Below, piece after piece: positions 9,851-20,062 of a DNA stretch of 64,000 nucleotides. This DNA is from a virus. The stretch lies in the IMG/VR virus record IMGVR_UViG_3300030107_006707, positions 9,598 through 73,597 of that record; one strand, given 5' to 3'. The notes beneath the pieces are model-generated. The model searched no databases. It was not told the origin of the DNA and saw only the letters and a list, made by a program, of their open reading frames with translations. Position 1 is the first letter of the stretch. Every line of letters begins with the position of its first letter. A program made the position numbers and the translations under genes.

Positions 9851-12800
9851 TATTTAAAGCTTCCCTCTGATATACTAACCATTTTCTTAAGTATGGTGTC
9901 AGCCGTATTTTTAGTGCTACTAAACGTTGTACCAATCAAAGAATCTATATTAGTAGATGCATCTAAGTAAATAGTTGCCATAGCACATAATGCTTGTATT
10001 GGTGAGTAGACATTATCAGGTGGGTAACCTGGCACCTCGGGCTCACCTGGGGCACGGAGGCTATCCTTTTCAGCAAAGATTCTTTCTAAGTAATCAACCT
10101 CGTTATCTTGGGGAGGGCTAACGGCTTGGGCTGATTCAAGAATTCTTATTCTTATCTGTTGGGGAAGAAGGTCATAATATTCTTTGAATACAGCCCCGTA
10201 ATCAAAGAAACCACCGCCACCAACTTCAGGAGACAAACGATAAAGATTTTCTTTGTTATTAATTGGATCAGAAAACAATGGCTCTATAATTGCATCAATC
10301 ACTTCTTCTAAAGAGTAATCTTCTTGTATTACTTTATTATATACTTCATCTAATCTTTCGTCTTCTAAATCAAACCTAATTTTTCTAGCTAGGTAATTAA
10401 CGATCATTTTTCTCATAATTATGTCTGGTCCGCCTCGTCCTTCAGTTTCATTTGTGATCTCGGCGTCAGAAGATGCAAATTGTATCCTGCCCACTGGGGA
10501 TTCTCCTCTAAACCCTTGTAGAGATCTACTATCGCTAAATATAGGCCATATTGAACAGAAATAAGGATAGACTCTTGCGCTGATACCAGAAAGCATATTT
10601 TTTCGCTTTGTTTTTTTCTCAAAGTTTGGACCAGCATTTATAAGTGTTGGAGCGTCTTCTATTTTAGAATACAATATATTATAAGCAGTTTCTATGTCAA
10701 ATAGTGGCGATTCTATGTATTGTTGTCTTGGCGACTTGTCTGGCTTTTCTCGTCCAAATGGGAATGAAAAAGCTGCGTTTAAGAATTCTAAACCATCCCC
10801 CCGATCATATACTATATTATCTAAAAATGGTTTTGGATAAGACCCAGCCTCTTGGGCAGTTGGTGGCCTCAGTATTGCATCCGCTTTATTGAAGCTGCTT
10901 ACTATTTGCCTTTTGCTAAAGCCAAACCCATGAATAAGCTGTGTGTTAACAGCAATTCGGCTCTCAGGTAATAGATCAATCGGATCACGGTCACGAGAGC
11001 CGTAGTTTTCTATTGGATTACTGTCTATAATTGATGGCATTGTTAGGTTTACTAACACATTACGATCATCCTTAGCTAAGGTAGGATTACTTAATATTTG
11101 CTGAAGATTAACACCTTTACGATAAATTATAATTTTGTTTGGTGAATCAAATTCTGTTTCGTCTTGCTGTCCAAGATAAAGACGCAAATTTCCTATTTGA
11201 TATTGTCCTATCTGACCTGAATACGATATGAGGGCGTTGTCTATCTCACGGTCTGGATCATCACCAAAGAGAAGCAATTTTGTTTGTTCATTTTCATTAC
11301 CCATAGTGATACAAGATATTCTGTCACCTCCAGAAAACAGTCCACCGCTTTTACTGCTAGCAAGCATAAATTTTTCTAATTCAATAAACACTGAACTATT
11401 CATTGAGTTTTGCAGGGCTGTTTCAGACGAACCTTGTATATCACTAAGAACAGAGGGCATTGGTATTCCAGCCAGTGCATTTGCAAGACCATCCTCTGCT
11501 AGTGATTTTAAGTCGCACAAGGATTTGAGTTTTTCTGTGGCTGCTTCAATATTATCTAAAGCTTGATTTTTTTGATCCTCATCAGTCAACCCCTTATTTC
11601 TCAGCAGATCTTTAGATATTTGTGCAGCATTAACAAAATCCCTTTCATCACAAAATTCTACATAATATTTTTCTGGGACAAAATCCAGTAGGGCGGAACG
11701 AGGAATAGACTGACCTATATCTTTAAACGTATTTTTACCTTGAGCAGGATCTAATCCAAATCTTTCCATTAGTTCCTCTACAATAGCCAATAATATTGTG
11801 CCTGGATCTCCTTCTAATAAAGATCTGATTTCTGCTGCATTAAGTGTCGCAGATAAAACTTCCATAAAGTTCTCTAAGTTTTCTAAACTTGAGTTTAGTT
11901 TGTTGGCCACTGCTTCTAGGTCTATTCCTTGATCTTTCAAAAAATCGTTTAACTTTTTAGCGCCAAAGTTTAGTGCTTGGTTTGGGTCTGGTAGTTTTGC
12001 TGCCAAGTCGTCTGCTAAGGAGGCTGGGAGACCATCGCACCCAAGGAAAGATTCTAATCCTTCTATGACAAGTGCCAGCAAAACTTCAGTTAGTGCTTTT
12101 TCTATAGCCTCTTTTACTATCTTACGGATAAAGTCTAAAAGCCCCATGATTGGTATAAGCGGAATATTAATACCAAAATAATTTGACACTCTTTCAGGAC
12201 TTATAACATCTTCTAAATTGTTAATGTCTAGATCCTCTAATTTTATTCCGTTAAATAATTCCTCAACTAATGACTTGCCTACAAAGTCCATAACGCAAGA
12301 CAGTTCGTCATCAACAAACTTATCAAATCTATCTGAGAACGCATTGAGTCCCTCGGGAGAAAAACCTTCCACCAAGTCTAATAACGCAAAGTTTTTCTTT
12401 AGGTCTTGTAGTGATTTGTTAGCAAGCTCCCCAAATAGTTCTAAGAGTGTTATCCTATCAAGTACAATATCAAATATATCTTCAATAGACTTTATTTGTT
12501 TGGCTAGTTCTGGGAGATTATCGCAGTTTAAAACGGCGTCCTGGGCTTTGATCTCTAAGTTCTTAACTCGGCTAGATCTTGCCGATTCTTTCTCTTCTTT
12601 TTCTGGGTCATTCTCATAAGCAAATAGTGAACCCTCAGTAACAGATCGTGGCTCTAAAGAGTTGGTAACACCTTGACCTGTTGCTACACCATCACCTGAA
12701 ACGTTTGTCTCAATCTCTGTTGGGCTTTCTTCATCTGATCCCTGAACTGGCTTAGCTTTGTCTGGATTAATCTCTGGCACTGGGAATGTATAAAGTTGTA

Positions 12801-15252
12801 AGAACTTTGGCCATGGCATTAGATCTTTCTTGCCAATCTTGTTTTCTTGCTTGATTATCTCTTCAGCAAAATAAAGATACCCAAAGGTTGTTTGATTGTG
12901 TGCTTTATCTATAATCTTTTTACCACTTAGAAGTTCCTCTGGGAAAGGTTCATTTTCAACGTTGAAAGCTGCCCCTATTTCATTTTCAATTGTATCTCTA
13001 TGAAATCCACTAAAATAAACTTTTGACTTGTGGATAATGTGTAATAATTTAAAATCATCAGTCAAGCAAAATTCAATCTGGTCGTCTTCTGAGAACTCTA
13101 CTTTTTGCTCCTCCATAAATTCTCTAACACGATTATGGAAATTATTCACGGTGTTAGCCTCAATATGAAGCTCCCTCATTCCAATTTCTCTTTCCTTTTT
13201 ACCACGGTTGCTGGAAACGGGGCCATTTATTATTTCGTTATAATTGACGAACACCTTATGTACCTTAAGTCCGAGGTCGCTCAATTGTTTAATGCTGTGT
13301 GAAAACTTTTTCTTTGATCTTTTGTCGCTAGCTTTGATTGCTCTAGAAATTGTTAAGATATCTAGGCTTGTACTTTGTTCTTTTGATGCATCAAGGAATT
13401 CATCTTTTTCTATGAACAAGCGCATTAGAGCTTGAGCGTTTGGTCGCTCAGGGTAGTTAGCTATAAAATCATGTTCTATGGCTTGTGGAAAATCCTCTGT
13501 TTCAGGTCTTCCAAATCTTCTACAAATTGCATTATAAAAACGAAGTCGTTCTGCTGCACGCTGCTGTTCAAATTCTTGTTTTGTTATAATAGAACCACTG
13601 GCGGTGCCTACAGCCCAATAACTTCCATCACCATCAGTGGGTACCCTTGGATTAAAGTAAGCAAATATTTCACCTTTCTCTTTTGGAACATTTGTTTTCC
13701 AATCATCAAAATTAACAGCCTCAGTCGCTGTCTTTTTATTATTTGCATCCTCATCTTTTTGTGCTGGTTTAACATCTTCAAGAGGAGATTCTGTCTTAAC
13801 TCTTTTTTCTAAAAAGTAAGTTCTGTTGCCACCCTGGCGAACAACTGCTCTTACTTCTCTAGGTGTTCTCTCTGGTTCTCTAACCTCTAAGACCTTTCCA
13901 ATTGGATCATTTGCTACAACATAAGTGTAAGCTGTTTTTTGATTTGGGGGCTCCCCAACAATTTTTCTTCTAATACCTGCGATACCATGAGATCTATAAT
14001 ATTCAATCTCTTGAAATCTAATCGTGGCTTTCTGTTGAGACTTCTGAGCATCACCTCTTGTATTACCAAGTTCTGCTATTCTATTCGCAAAGTGTTGTGA
14101 TCCAAGATATATTTTTGCAATATTCTCATATGAAATAAGCTCTGTGGGTATTTGCCCATTACCACTTTCTGGCCTAACTGGTGGCTGTTTTGGTGCAATG
14201 TTTTGTCCTTGGTTTACTTTTATTCTATAAATAAATTTCTTCTTATCAGGATCAGTTCTTGTATCATAAACGTTATTTTGTATAGCTAAATTTGTTACGT
14301 CTGTCCATTCTTCCTTACCGACTGTAATATTATTTGAACCTGATATATTCATCTCCAAAGATTCAACCATCTTGTTAAATCTTTTAGAAACAGCACGGCT
14401 CATATTGCCCGACTTACCGTTGGGCAAAGTATATCGCCAGTTAGTAGGACGAGAGCGAGAATCAAATCCGCCTGTATAAATAGCCTCTCTACCTTCAACT
14501 GGTGGAGGTTCTGCTTGTTTATAATCTGGTTGCTGTCTTCTGGCTACTGTTGCGTCGTTTTTCTGTAGTGCTGTACGTGGAGGCTTGGGTTTTGGCTTCA
14601 ATTCGTTAGCTTCTGTGGCAGCTTTATCAGCGGATTCTTTAATCTCCTTATCCTCTTCGGCAGTTGGTACTACTTCTTTACGCTCAGGGGTTACAGGCTT
14701 TTCTTCTGTTGTGGTAGCAGATTGTATAACCATTCCTCTGGCGGCCATAATCTTACGGCAATATATAATCCCAGGCTCGTTTCCTACCTCAGATTTTTCA
14801 AGATATTTAAAAACATGCCTTACTTTACCTTGTTTATCCCTTGTCTCAGCAAACGCTCCAATTAGGTGTGGATGGAGTGCTGCGTAGTATAAAACGTCTA
14901 GGTAATCAATTGTTGTATTTATCCTTAGTCCCGAAAACCTATCTCTGCTTATGGGATATGGAAATGCAAATGGTATATATCTTTTTACACAAAAATGAAT
15001 CCACTTTTGTTTGAATTGTATAAGACTGTCAGATTTTGTTTTTTGTTGATACTGTTTTAGCCAGGCAGTGCCCTGTAGCCCTGCTCTCTCCAAAGTAGAA
15101 ATTGGTTTTGTAGGCGTCCAGTAAGCCTCATTTAAAAATGCAGCAGCGTCTGGGTTAGCATCTACCTGTGATTTTTCCTCTTTTGAAAGAGGGCGAAGAT
15201 CTGGTTCTGGGTTTCCTGCTAAGTCTTGTTCTACAGTTTCCGTTTGTGACAT
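9850..15252 (-). CDS. Large (1,800 aa) putative virion/baseplate-associated protein
   Basis: Long ORF between spike-like and gp25-like genes; possible LysM-like segment (ISYENIAKIYLGSQHFANRIAELGN); helical middle region. Confidence 0.6.
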   Translation of the reverse strand: MSQTETVEQDLAGNPEPDLRPLSKEEKSQVDANPDAAAFLNEAYWTPTKPISTLERAGLQGTAWLKQYQQKTKSDSLIQFKQKWIHFCVKRYIPFAFPYPISRDRFSGLRINTTIDYLDVLYYAALHPHLIGAFAETRDKQGKVRHVFKYLEKSEVGNEPGIIYCRKIMAARGMVIQSATTTEEKPVTPERKEVVPTAEEDKEIKESADKAATEANELKPKPKPPRTALQKNDATVARRQQPDYKQAEPPPVEGREAIYTGGFDSRSRPTNWRYTLPNGKSGNMSRAVSKRFNKMVESLEMNISGSNNITVGKEEWTDVTNLAIQNNVYDTRTDPDKKKFIYRIKVNQGQNIAPKQPPVRPESGNGQIPTELISYENIAKIYLGSQHFANRIAELGNTRGDAQKSQQKATIRFQEIEYYRSHGIAGIRRKIVGEPPNQKTAYTYVVANDPIGKVLEVREPERTPREVRAVVRQGGNRTYFLEKRVKTESPLEDVKPAQKDEDANNKKTATEAVNFDDWKTNVPKEKGEIFAYFNPRVPTDGDGSYWAVGTASGSIITKQEFEQQRAAERLRFYNAICRRFGRPETEDFPQAIEHDFIANYPERPNAQALMRLFIEKDEFLDASKEQSTSLDILTISRAIKASDKRSKKKFSHSIKQLSDLGLKVHKVFVNYNEIINGPVSSNRGKKEREIGMRELHIEANTVNNFHNRVREFMEEQKVEFSEDDQIEFCLTDDFKLLHIIHKSKVYFSGFHRDTIENEIGAAFNVENEPFPEELLSGKKIIDKAHNQTTFGYLYFAEEIIKQENKIGKKDLMPWPKFLQLYTFPVPEINPDKAKPVQGSDEESPTEIETNVSGDGVATGQGVTNSLEPRSVTEGSLFAYENDPEKEEKESARSSRVKNLEIKAQDAVLNCDNLPELAKQIKSIEDIFDIVLDRITLLELFGELANKSLQDLKKNFALLDLVEGFSPEGLNAFSDRFDKFVDDELSCVMDFVGKSLVEELFNGIKLEDLDINNLEDVISPERVSNYFGINIPLIPIMGLLDFIRKIVKEAIEKALTEVLLALVIEGLESFLGCDGLPASLADDLAAKLPDPNQALNFGAKKLNDFLKDQGIDLEAVANKLNSSLENLENFMEVLSATLNAAEIRSLLEGDPGTILLAIVEELMERFGLDPAQGKNTFKDIGQSIPRSALLDFVPEKYYVEFCDERDFVNAAQISKDLLRNKGLTDEDQKNQALDNIEAATEKLKSLCDLKSLAEDGLANALAGIPMPSVLSDIQGSSETALQNSMNSSVFIELEKFMLASSKSGGLFSGGDRISCITMGNENEQTKLLLFGDDPDREIDNALISYSGQIGQYQIGNLRLYLGQQDETEFDSPNKIIIYRKGVNLQQILSNPTLAKDDRNVLVNLTMPSIIDSNPIENYGSRDRDPIDLLPESRIAVNTQLIHGFGFSKRQIVSSFNKADAILRPPTAQEAGSYPKPFLDNIVYDRGDGLEFLNAAFSFPFGREKPDKSPRQQYIESPLFDIETAYNILYSKIEDAPTLINAGPNFEKKTKRKNMLSGISARVYPYFCSIWPIFSDSRSLQGFRGESPVGRIQFASSDAEITNETEGRGGPDIIMRKMIVNYLARKIRFDLEDERLDEVYNKVIQEDYSLEEVIDAIIEPLFSDPINNKENLYRLSPEVGGGGFFDYGAVFKEYYDLLPQQIRIRILESAQAVSPPQDNEVDYLERIFAEKDSLRAPGEPEVPGYPPDNVYSPIQALCAMATIYLDASTNIDSLIGTTFSSTKNTADTILKKMVSISEGSFK

Positions 15253-15266
15253 TTTGTGATCCTTTT

Positions 15267-16202
15267 TTAGTTAGTCATATTATGTCTACTAACTAATTTG
15301 TCCTCTGAATATTTGTTCTTAAGTTTTTGTATTTCAAGATTACCTTTGAATGTAGCTAAGTAGCTCATCGCCAAAGTACTATATGTTATACCCACCGAGG
15401 CAGCTAGTGCCTTGCCTGGAAATGCTGCTATACCAACTAGTCCAGCAGGTGTTGGTGAAGGAATCATTCCCGTTGCACCTGCTTGGACTGCGATCGCTAG
15501 ATATTCTACTATATTTGATAATTGATTAACGACTTCCATGGTCTGATCTAAGGCTTCTATTAGATTTTTGCCTTTGACAAGCGGCTGCATATTTGTAGTA
15601 TCGTTGCCAGCAATCAATTCAATCCCTGGCCTTCCTCTGATTGGTCCTTTCAAAGAGTTCTTGTTTTCTGTCTTTGTTACCAATTTGAGGCTTTCCCGAC
15701 CAACTAATCTAATACAGTCAGCTTTTGCTAGTATAGCCGATCTGCCTTGTGGCGCACCATATCTTCCGCCTGTGGAAATATTAAATGCACTATCAATATC
15801 TGTTTTTTGTGACATGTAAAAAGTGGCTGCATCTTTGGATGGACTTGGTTGTAAAAATAATCTTTCCTCTATTACTTTTTTACCTTCCTTCTTGATGTTT
15901 GACTCTTTTACATCACGACCATGAAGACCAGCTATCAACCTAATAGTAGATGCATGAGTGTGCCCCGCACCACCATATCCATCTCGTCCATCGCCTGGCC
16001 TATCTCTGCCCATTATAATAAAGTTATTATTTTGTCCCTCTATTACTTTTTCCTGACCCTTTATTAATAGATTACCATGAGGTTCTGTAATGTGCGTATG
16101 ATCTATACCGCCTACATCACCCTTTTTTCTTTCTATAAGTTGTTTCTTTATTTGTGAAACACCCTCTATACTAACTGCTTTTACTGTGCGGTCTTTACTC
16201 AT
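15267..16202 (-). CDS. Putative baseplate hub/spike (gp5 C-terminal-like) protein
   Basis: Start refined to MSKDRTVK (ATGA overlap with the upstream stop); beta-rich SAILAKADCIRLVGRESLKLVT; LVKGKNLIEAL; baseplate context. Confidence 0.55.
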   Translation of the reverse strand: MSKDRTVKAVSIEGVSQIKKQLIERKKGDVGGIDHTHITEPHGNLLIKGQEKVIEGQNNNFIIMGRDRPGDGRDGYGGAGHTHASTIRLIAGLHGRDVKESNIKKEGKKVIEERLFLQPSPSKDAATFYMSQKTDIDSAFNISTGGRYGAPQGRSAILAKADCIRLVGRESLKLVTKTENKNSLKGPIRGRPGIELIAGNDTTNMQPLVKGKNLIEALDQTMEVVNQLSNIVEYLAIAVQAGATGMIPSPTPAGLVGIAAFPGKALAASVGITYSTLAMSYLATFKGNLEIQKLKNKYSEDKLVSRHNMTN

Positions 16203-18298
16203 GCAAATACTCCATCCCAAGTTGGGTGGTTTCGTTTGACCCTAGAGAACCTAAGTCTTTTAGCTCTTTTGCCTTTGAACTCCCAATGCCATCTCTCACT
16301 TCTAACAGTGCGTACAAATCCGAAACGGTGAGCATTTTGACAAAGCCACTTGTAAACTGGACTAGGCACATTTTTACTTATAGGGCTACCTGTGCGAATA
16401 TCAACTGCTATCCCACTCTGGTGATTAGACCTACCTGGCGCTGCTGTTTTAGGTTTAAATTTACTTGATGGAGCAGTTACAAGGTATCTGTTGTCTCCTA
16501 CTTTACTCTTATTAATAACATTCTGTCTTCTTAGAGCAAACTGAGATTCAAATGTTCTCTGTCCAGAGTTTAGAATAATGTGGTGTCCCTGTCTCTGAGC
16601 AGCCGCTCTCATTTTTTCAAATGCTTGTGCAACTGGTTCCCACACTCTCTTGGTCTGGTTATTTGGTCTGCTCATAAGATTGTTGTTATATTTTTTGACG
16701 TCCTTAGCTGGTGCGCCCCTTTGGCGTATGCGGCCTGTTCTAGTATTATAACGATCTACTGTTACGGTCGGTGTTGTATCAGGTTGGCGCTGGCGGCTTG
16801 CGAGTTGAGCGTTTGGTTGAACTGGTCCTATATCACCATATGCTTTTTTTAATTTACCCCCATAATACACAGGCTGACCTGGACCATTGTATATCTCTGC
16901 CATTTTAACAAAGTTTAAAGAAGCTTCTGGTTTTATAGCTTGTCTTTTGAATCTCTTGTTATCATTAAACCAGGCTATCATTAGATCGTCAGATGTTTTA
17001 ACTGGGTCATTATTAAATAGTGCAACTGCGGCTTCGGGATCTTTGTTTACCCTAAGAAGGTATACTCCCATGACCTGTGCTGATCCCCACGAGGTTGATA
17101 ATATCGCAGCCTTTGGATCTAATTGGAATGCTTTCTTAAATGCGCTTTTATTTGTTTCGTTTCTCTTCCTACTGAGGTACCAGGCTTTATCCTTGCTAGC
17201 AGGAGGTCTTTTACTTCTTGGTGTATAATCAATCTTTCCCTTTAGATCAGGTCTTGCCCATGGCCGTCTTTTTCTATTCCTGCTCAAAAAAGCATGAGGT
17301 TCAAATCTGATCGCTCGTGGGTTGTTTCTGCTTTCTATTGTAAAAATAGCTAATATAATTCTTACTGGGATACCTGTTGCTTTTGATATTCTGTATGCTC
17401 TTGAAACTTTATCTGTTCGTAGACTTCTATCTTCGCTGCTGGGAACCGATCCACCTCTGGCTGTTTGATTATCTGATTGCGACACATCAGCAAGTTGATA
17501 CGATGTATTACATTTTATCTTTTCTGCCGATTCACCGCTAGGTGTTGACTCTTTTTGTTTGTCTTCTTTCGCTAGCTTTTTCTTTGTAGTTGGCACCCCA
17601 CTAGCAGCCGCACCAGCAACTGTACCTACTGTGCTACCTAGTTCTTTTCTAGATTTGTTGGGTAGAGGTGTGCCATCAGCATCTTTACCTGATTGTATTT
17701 CTGCATTTCTGCCAGGTAAACTTTCGCCTGCATTATGTGTTGTACTCATGCCTTGGGATAAAACTTCTTTACACCCCTTTGTGGATTGGAAGATAGTAAA
17801 ATCATCTTGCTGTTTCTGTCCGCCACGATGGAAACCTAGAATAATACCACCTGCTAGTGGATTATTTCTATCATAATATATGACATCCACAATAGATCCA
17901 ATTGTTGGCTTTACGCCCCCTAGAGTGCTCAACGGACCCACAAAGGAGGGATACTGATCTATGATATTATCATTTTTATCAGTTGGGAATCTTTTAGCTA
18001 CATCTTTTGTTAGGGCTTTTATGATAATTGATTGATTACCTGTTGCAGAGAACAAAGCACTGTTTCCAGATGTCCTAGAGTCATCTTGCTCGCTTACCCT
18101 TAGTACCATAGCCATTTCAAAAACCCGAGCGTTACCCACATCGGGAGATGCTTTCTCTACTTGTGTTTCAGCGGCTGATCTGACAATACTTTTTGGCTTT
18201 TGTATACTTGCAGGTGAATTAGCTGGTACATTACTGATAGTATCCACCATGTCTAAAAATTTATCAAATACTGTATCTTTTCTATCCTTAGTGGACAT
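16199..18298 (-). CDS. Baseplate-associated dual peptidoglycan hydrolase: OB-like N-terminus + N-acetylmuramidase (DUF3380-like) + M15 (VanY-like) peptidase
   Basis: IES...IRFEPH...STSWGSAQVMG...YNGPG (muramidase); NSGQRTFESQ...AAPGRSNHQSGIAVDI...ERWHWEF (M15 SxH/D/ExWH). Confidence 0.85.
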   Translation of the reverse strand: MSTKDRKDTVFDKFLDMVDTISNVPANSPASIQKPKSIVRSAAETQVEKASPDVGNARVFEMAMVLRVSEQDDSRTSGNSALFSATGNQSIIIKALTKDVAKRFPTDKNDNIIDQYPSFVGPLSTLGGVKPTIGSIVDVIYYDRNNPLAGGIILGFHRGGQKQQDDFTIFQSTKGCKEVLSQGMSTTHNAGESLPGRNAEIQSGKDADGTPLPNKSRKELGSTVGTVAGAAASGVPTTKKKLAKEDKQKESTPSGESAEKIKCNTSYQLADVSQSDNQTARGGSVPSSEDRSLRTDKVSRAYRISKATGIPVRIILAIFTIESRNNPRAIRFEPHAFLSRNRKRRPWARPDLKGKIDYTPRSKRPPASKDKAWYLSRKRNETNKSAFKKAFQLDPKAAILSTSWGSAQVMGVYLLRVNKDPEAAVALFNNDPVKTSDDLMIAWFNDNKRFKRQAIKPEASLNFVKMAEIYNGPGQPVYYGGKLKKAYGDIGPVQPNAQLASRQRQPDTTPTVTVDRYNTRTGRIRQRGAPAKDVKKYNNNLMSRPNNQTKRVWEPVAQAFEKMRAAAQRQGHHIILNSGQRTFESQFALRRQNVINKSKVGDNRYLVTAPSSKFKPKTAAPGRSNHQSGIAVDIRTGSPISKNVPSPVYKWLCQNAHRFGFVRTVRSERWHWEFKGKRAKRLRFSRVKRNHPTWDGVFA

Positions 18299-18594
18299 TA
18301 TTCACCACCACTTTGGATTATATCAAACAATTCATCTTTATCTATTTCTGTTAGATTTTGAGATTTATTAGAAGACTCTTTTTTGTGAACAATAGCAGCC
18401 AGCTTAACTAGCTGCTCATTTGATCTCTGTAACGTCTCTACTAGTTTTGCTGCTACAGTACCAGACTCAGCATATCTATCTTTTGATACCGATAGATAAT
18501 CTTTCAATTCTGTTAGTAACTCTTCTGTTGTGGCCCTATCATCATCTATATTGGTTAGGGCTCTAGCTATCAATACATCTAGTTTGTCTGACAT
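18298..18594 (-). CDS. Hypothetical phage protein (helical)
   Basis: 98-aa ORF coupled to its neighbours. Confidence 0.7.
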   Translation of the reverse strand: MSDKLDVLIARALTNIDDDRATTEELLTELKDYLSVSKDRYAESGTVAAKLVETLQRSNEQLVKLAAIVHKKESSNKSQNLTEIDKDELFDIIQSGGE

Positions 18595-18598
18595 TCAT

Positions 18599-19285
18599 TT
18601 ACACCTCGCCTTCATTCCATTTTTTATTAAACTCACGATATTTTGCACGAAGCCTCTTAAGTCCACCCACAACTTGTTTTGTGTTTAGACCAGTGATTTC
18701 ACGCATGTATAAATAAATAGCCTTCTTGTTGAAAATCTGAATCTTGTCAATGTTAGTAAACAGCGTTCTTATAGCACCAAGAACTTTTCTTTCGTTCTCT
18801 CGCAAATCCTCTGTTTCCCAGCTATCAATTTCTTGCATTAAAAAAAGCCAAAACTGTCTATCCTCTATTTCGTTACTAATGTCTGTGTCTTCATCTACTT
18901 TAGAAGACTCTAATTTTAGAGCTATAGAATCATACTGAACTTCTCTTCTATTCTTCTTGGATTGTTTTTTAGCTTGGTGGGTAAACCAGTTTTTAGTTAC
19001 CACTGAATAATATGAATACGCTTTTGTACCCCTATCAGCATTAAACTTATCTAAGATTGTAGTCAGCCATAATTTACAATCCTCTTTGAGAGTGTCTATA
19101 TTTTCTAATGAGGTAAACTTATAAGTGTATACTATTTTATCTACTAACTCATTTAGCGCTGGCTGTATCTCTTCTATGTACAGAGTTGTTCGGCGGTTTA
19201 TATCATCCGTGCTGGCATACTCTACAATTGCCTTCTCTGTTTCTTTGGTAAAATATAATCTTTTAGATTTTGTCTTCTTCGGCAT
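18599..19285 (-). CDS. Phage RNA polymerase sigma-factor-like protein (probable late sigma)
   Basis: Region-2-like LKEDCKLWLTTILDKFNADRGTKAYSYYSVVTKNWF; C-terminal HTH-like MREITGLNTKQVVGGLKRLR. Confidence 0.7.
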   Translation of the reverse strand: MPKKTKSKRLYFTKETEKAIVEYASTDDINRRTTLYIEEIQPALNELVDKIVYTYKFTSLENIDTLKEDCKLWLTTILDKFNADRGTKAYSYYSVVTKNWFTHQAKKQSKKNRREVQYDSIALKLESSKVDEDTDISNEIEDRQFWLFLMQEIDSWETEDLRENERKVLGAIRTLFTNIDKIQIFNKKAIYLYMREITGLNTKQVVGGLKRLRAKYREFNKKWNEGEV

Positions 19286-19577
19286 AATCTTCCATTTCCT
19301 CTTCTAGTTCTAGATCCAGAGAAAATGATTGACTATATCCATTTACAAAGTTTAATGCTTCATTTGTGTGACGAAGCAAGTTAGTGATAGTTTCATCGCC
19401 AAAGTAGGCCTCCATCTGACTAATGTCTCGCACATGGTCTCTATACTCGCCAATCACATCTATAAACTCTTCAAAGTTATTCCTGAAGCTTGTAAATTGT
19501 GTTGCTAGTTGGCGTAAATACCAAATAAATACAATGTTTATAATCAAACTAATAGAAAATAATATCCAAGATATCAT
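19263..19577 (-). CDS. Membrane-anchored hypothetical protein
   Basis: N-terminal TM segment (ISWILFSISLIINIVFIWYL). Confidence 0.7.
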   Translation of the reverse strand: MISWILFSISLIINIVFIWYLRQLATQFTSFRNNFEEFIDVIGEYRDHVRDISQMEAYFGDETITNLLRHTNEALNFVNGYSQSFSLDLELEEEMEDYAEEDKI

Positions 19578-19825
19578 GGTTTATAATCCTCCCTAGTTCT
19601 GTTTTTGTCTTTTTTAATTTCTTCTTTTGTTTCATTGATCGCTTTTTTTACTTCTGTACCTACGCTCTTTTTAACAGTACTAGGTCTATTGAACATAACC
19701 ATGCTTGGTATCATGCTAATTTGTTCAGAACCACAATTTGTGCAGGCATTTAATTTATCGCTATATGAATGTGTCACTTCTAATACTTCTTGACAAGAAG
19801 CGCACCTATATGTATATCTAGGCAT
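19574..19825 (-). CDS. FmdB-family zinc-ribbon protein
   Basis: Start refined to MPRYTYRCASC; CxxC...CTNCGS. Confidence 0.85.
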   Translation of the reverse strand: MPRYTYRCASCQEVLEVTHSYSDKLNACTNCGSEQISMIPSMVMFNRPSTVKKSVGTEVKKAINETKEEIKKDKNRTREDYKP

Positions 19826-20018
19826 TATCGGTAGCTTGTGATTCCTCAAAAGCTTGTTGGCTTTCAGCCACAAACTCAGGTGGGTTACTAACCCATACCT
19901 CATCATCACGAACTTCCAAATCCCAGTCTTCCAACAGAACTGTAATATCTGTTTCCTCAATTAAACATTTCTGCAATGTCATTAGTAGTGTTCCAACTGC
20001 TTGTTTAGAAAGTTTCAT
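19818..20018 (-). CDS. Small hypothetical phage protein
   Basis: 66 aa, strong SD (AAGGAG). Confidence 0.7.
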   Translation of the reverse strand: MKLSKQAVGTLLMTLQKCLIEETDITVLLEDWDLEVRDDEVWVSNPPEFVAESQQAFEESQATDNA

Positions 20019-20062
20019 TTTATTTCTCCTTTATATAATACTAAAATACATTTGTCAAGTTG

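Noticed and set aside
20030-20058. TTGACA-N17-TATAAA promoter upstream of 19818..20018
   Set aside because: The -10 abuts the SD, so the transcript would start within or after the RBS; the alternative -10 gives a 12-bp spacer. Too ambiguous to call.
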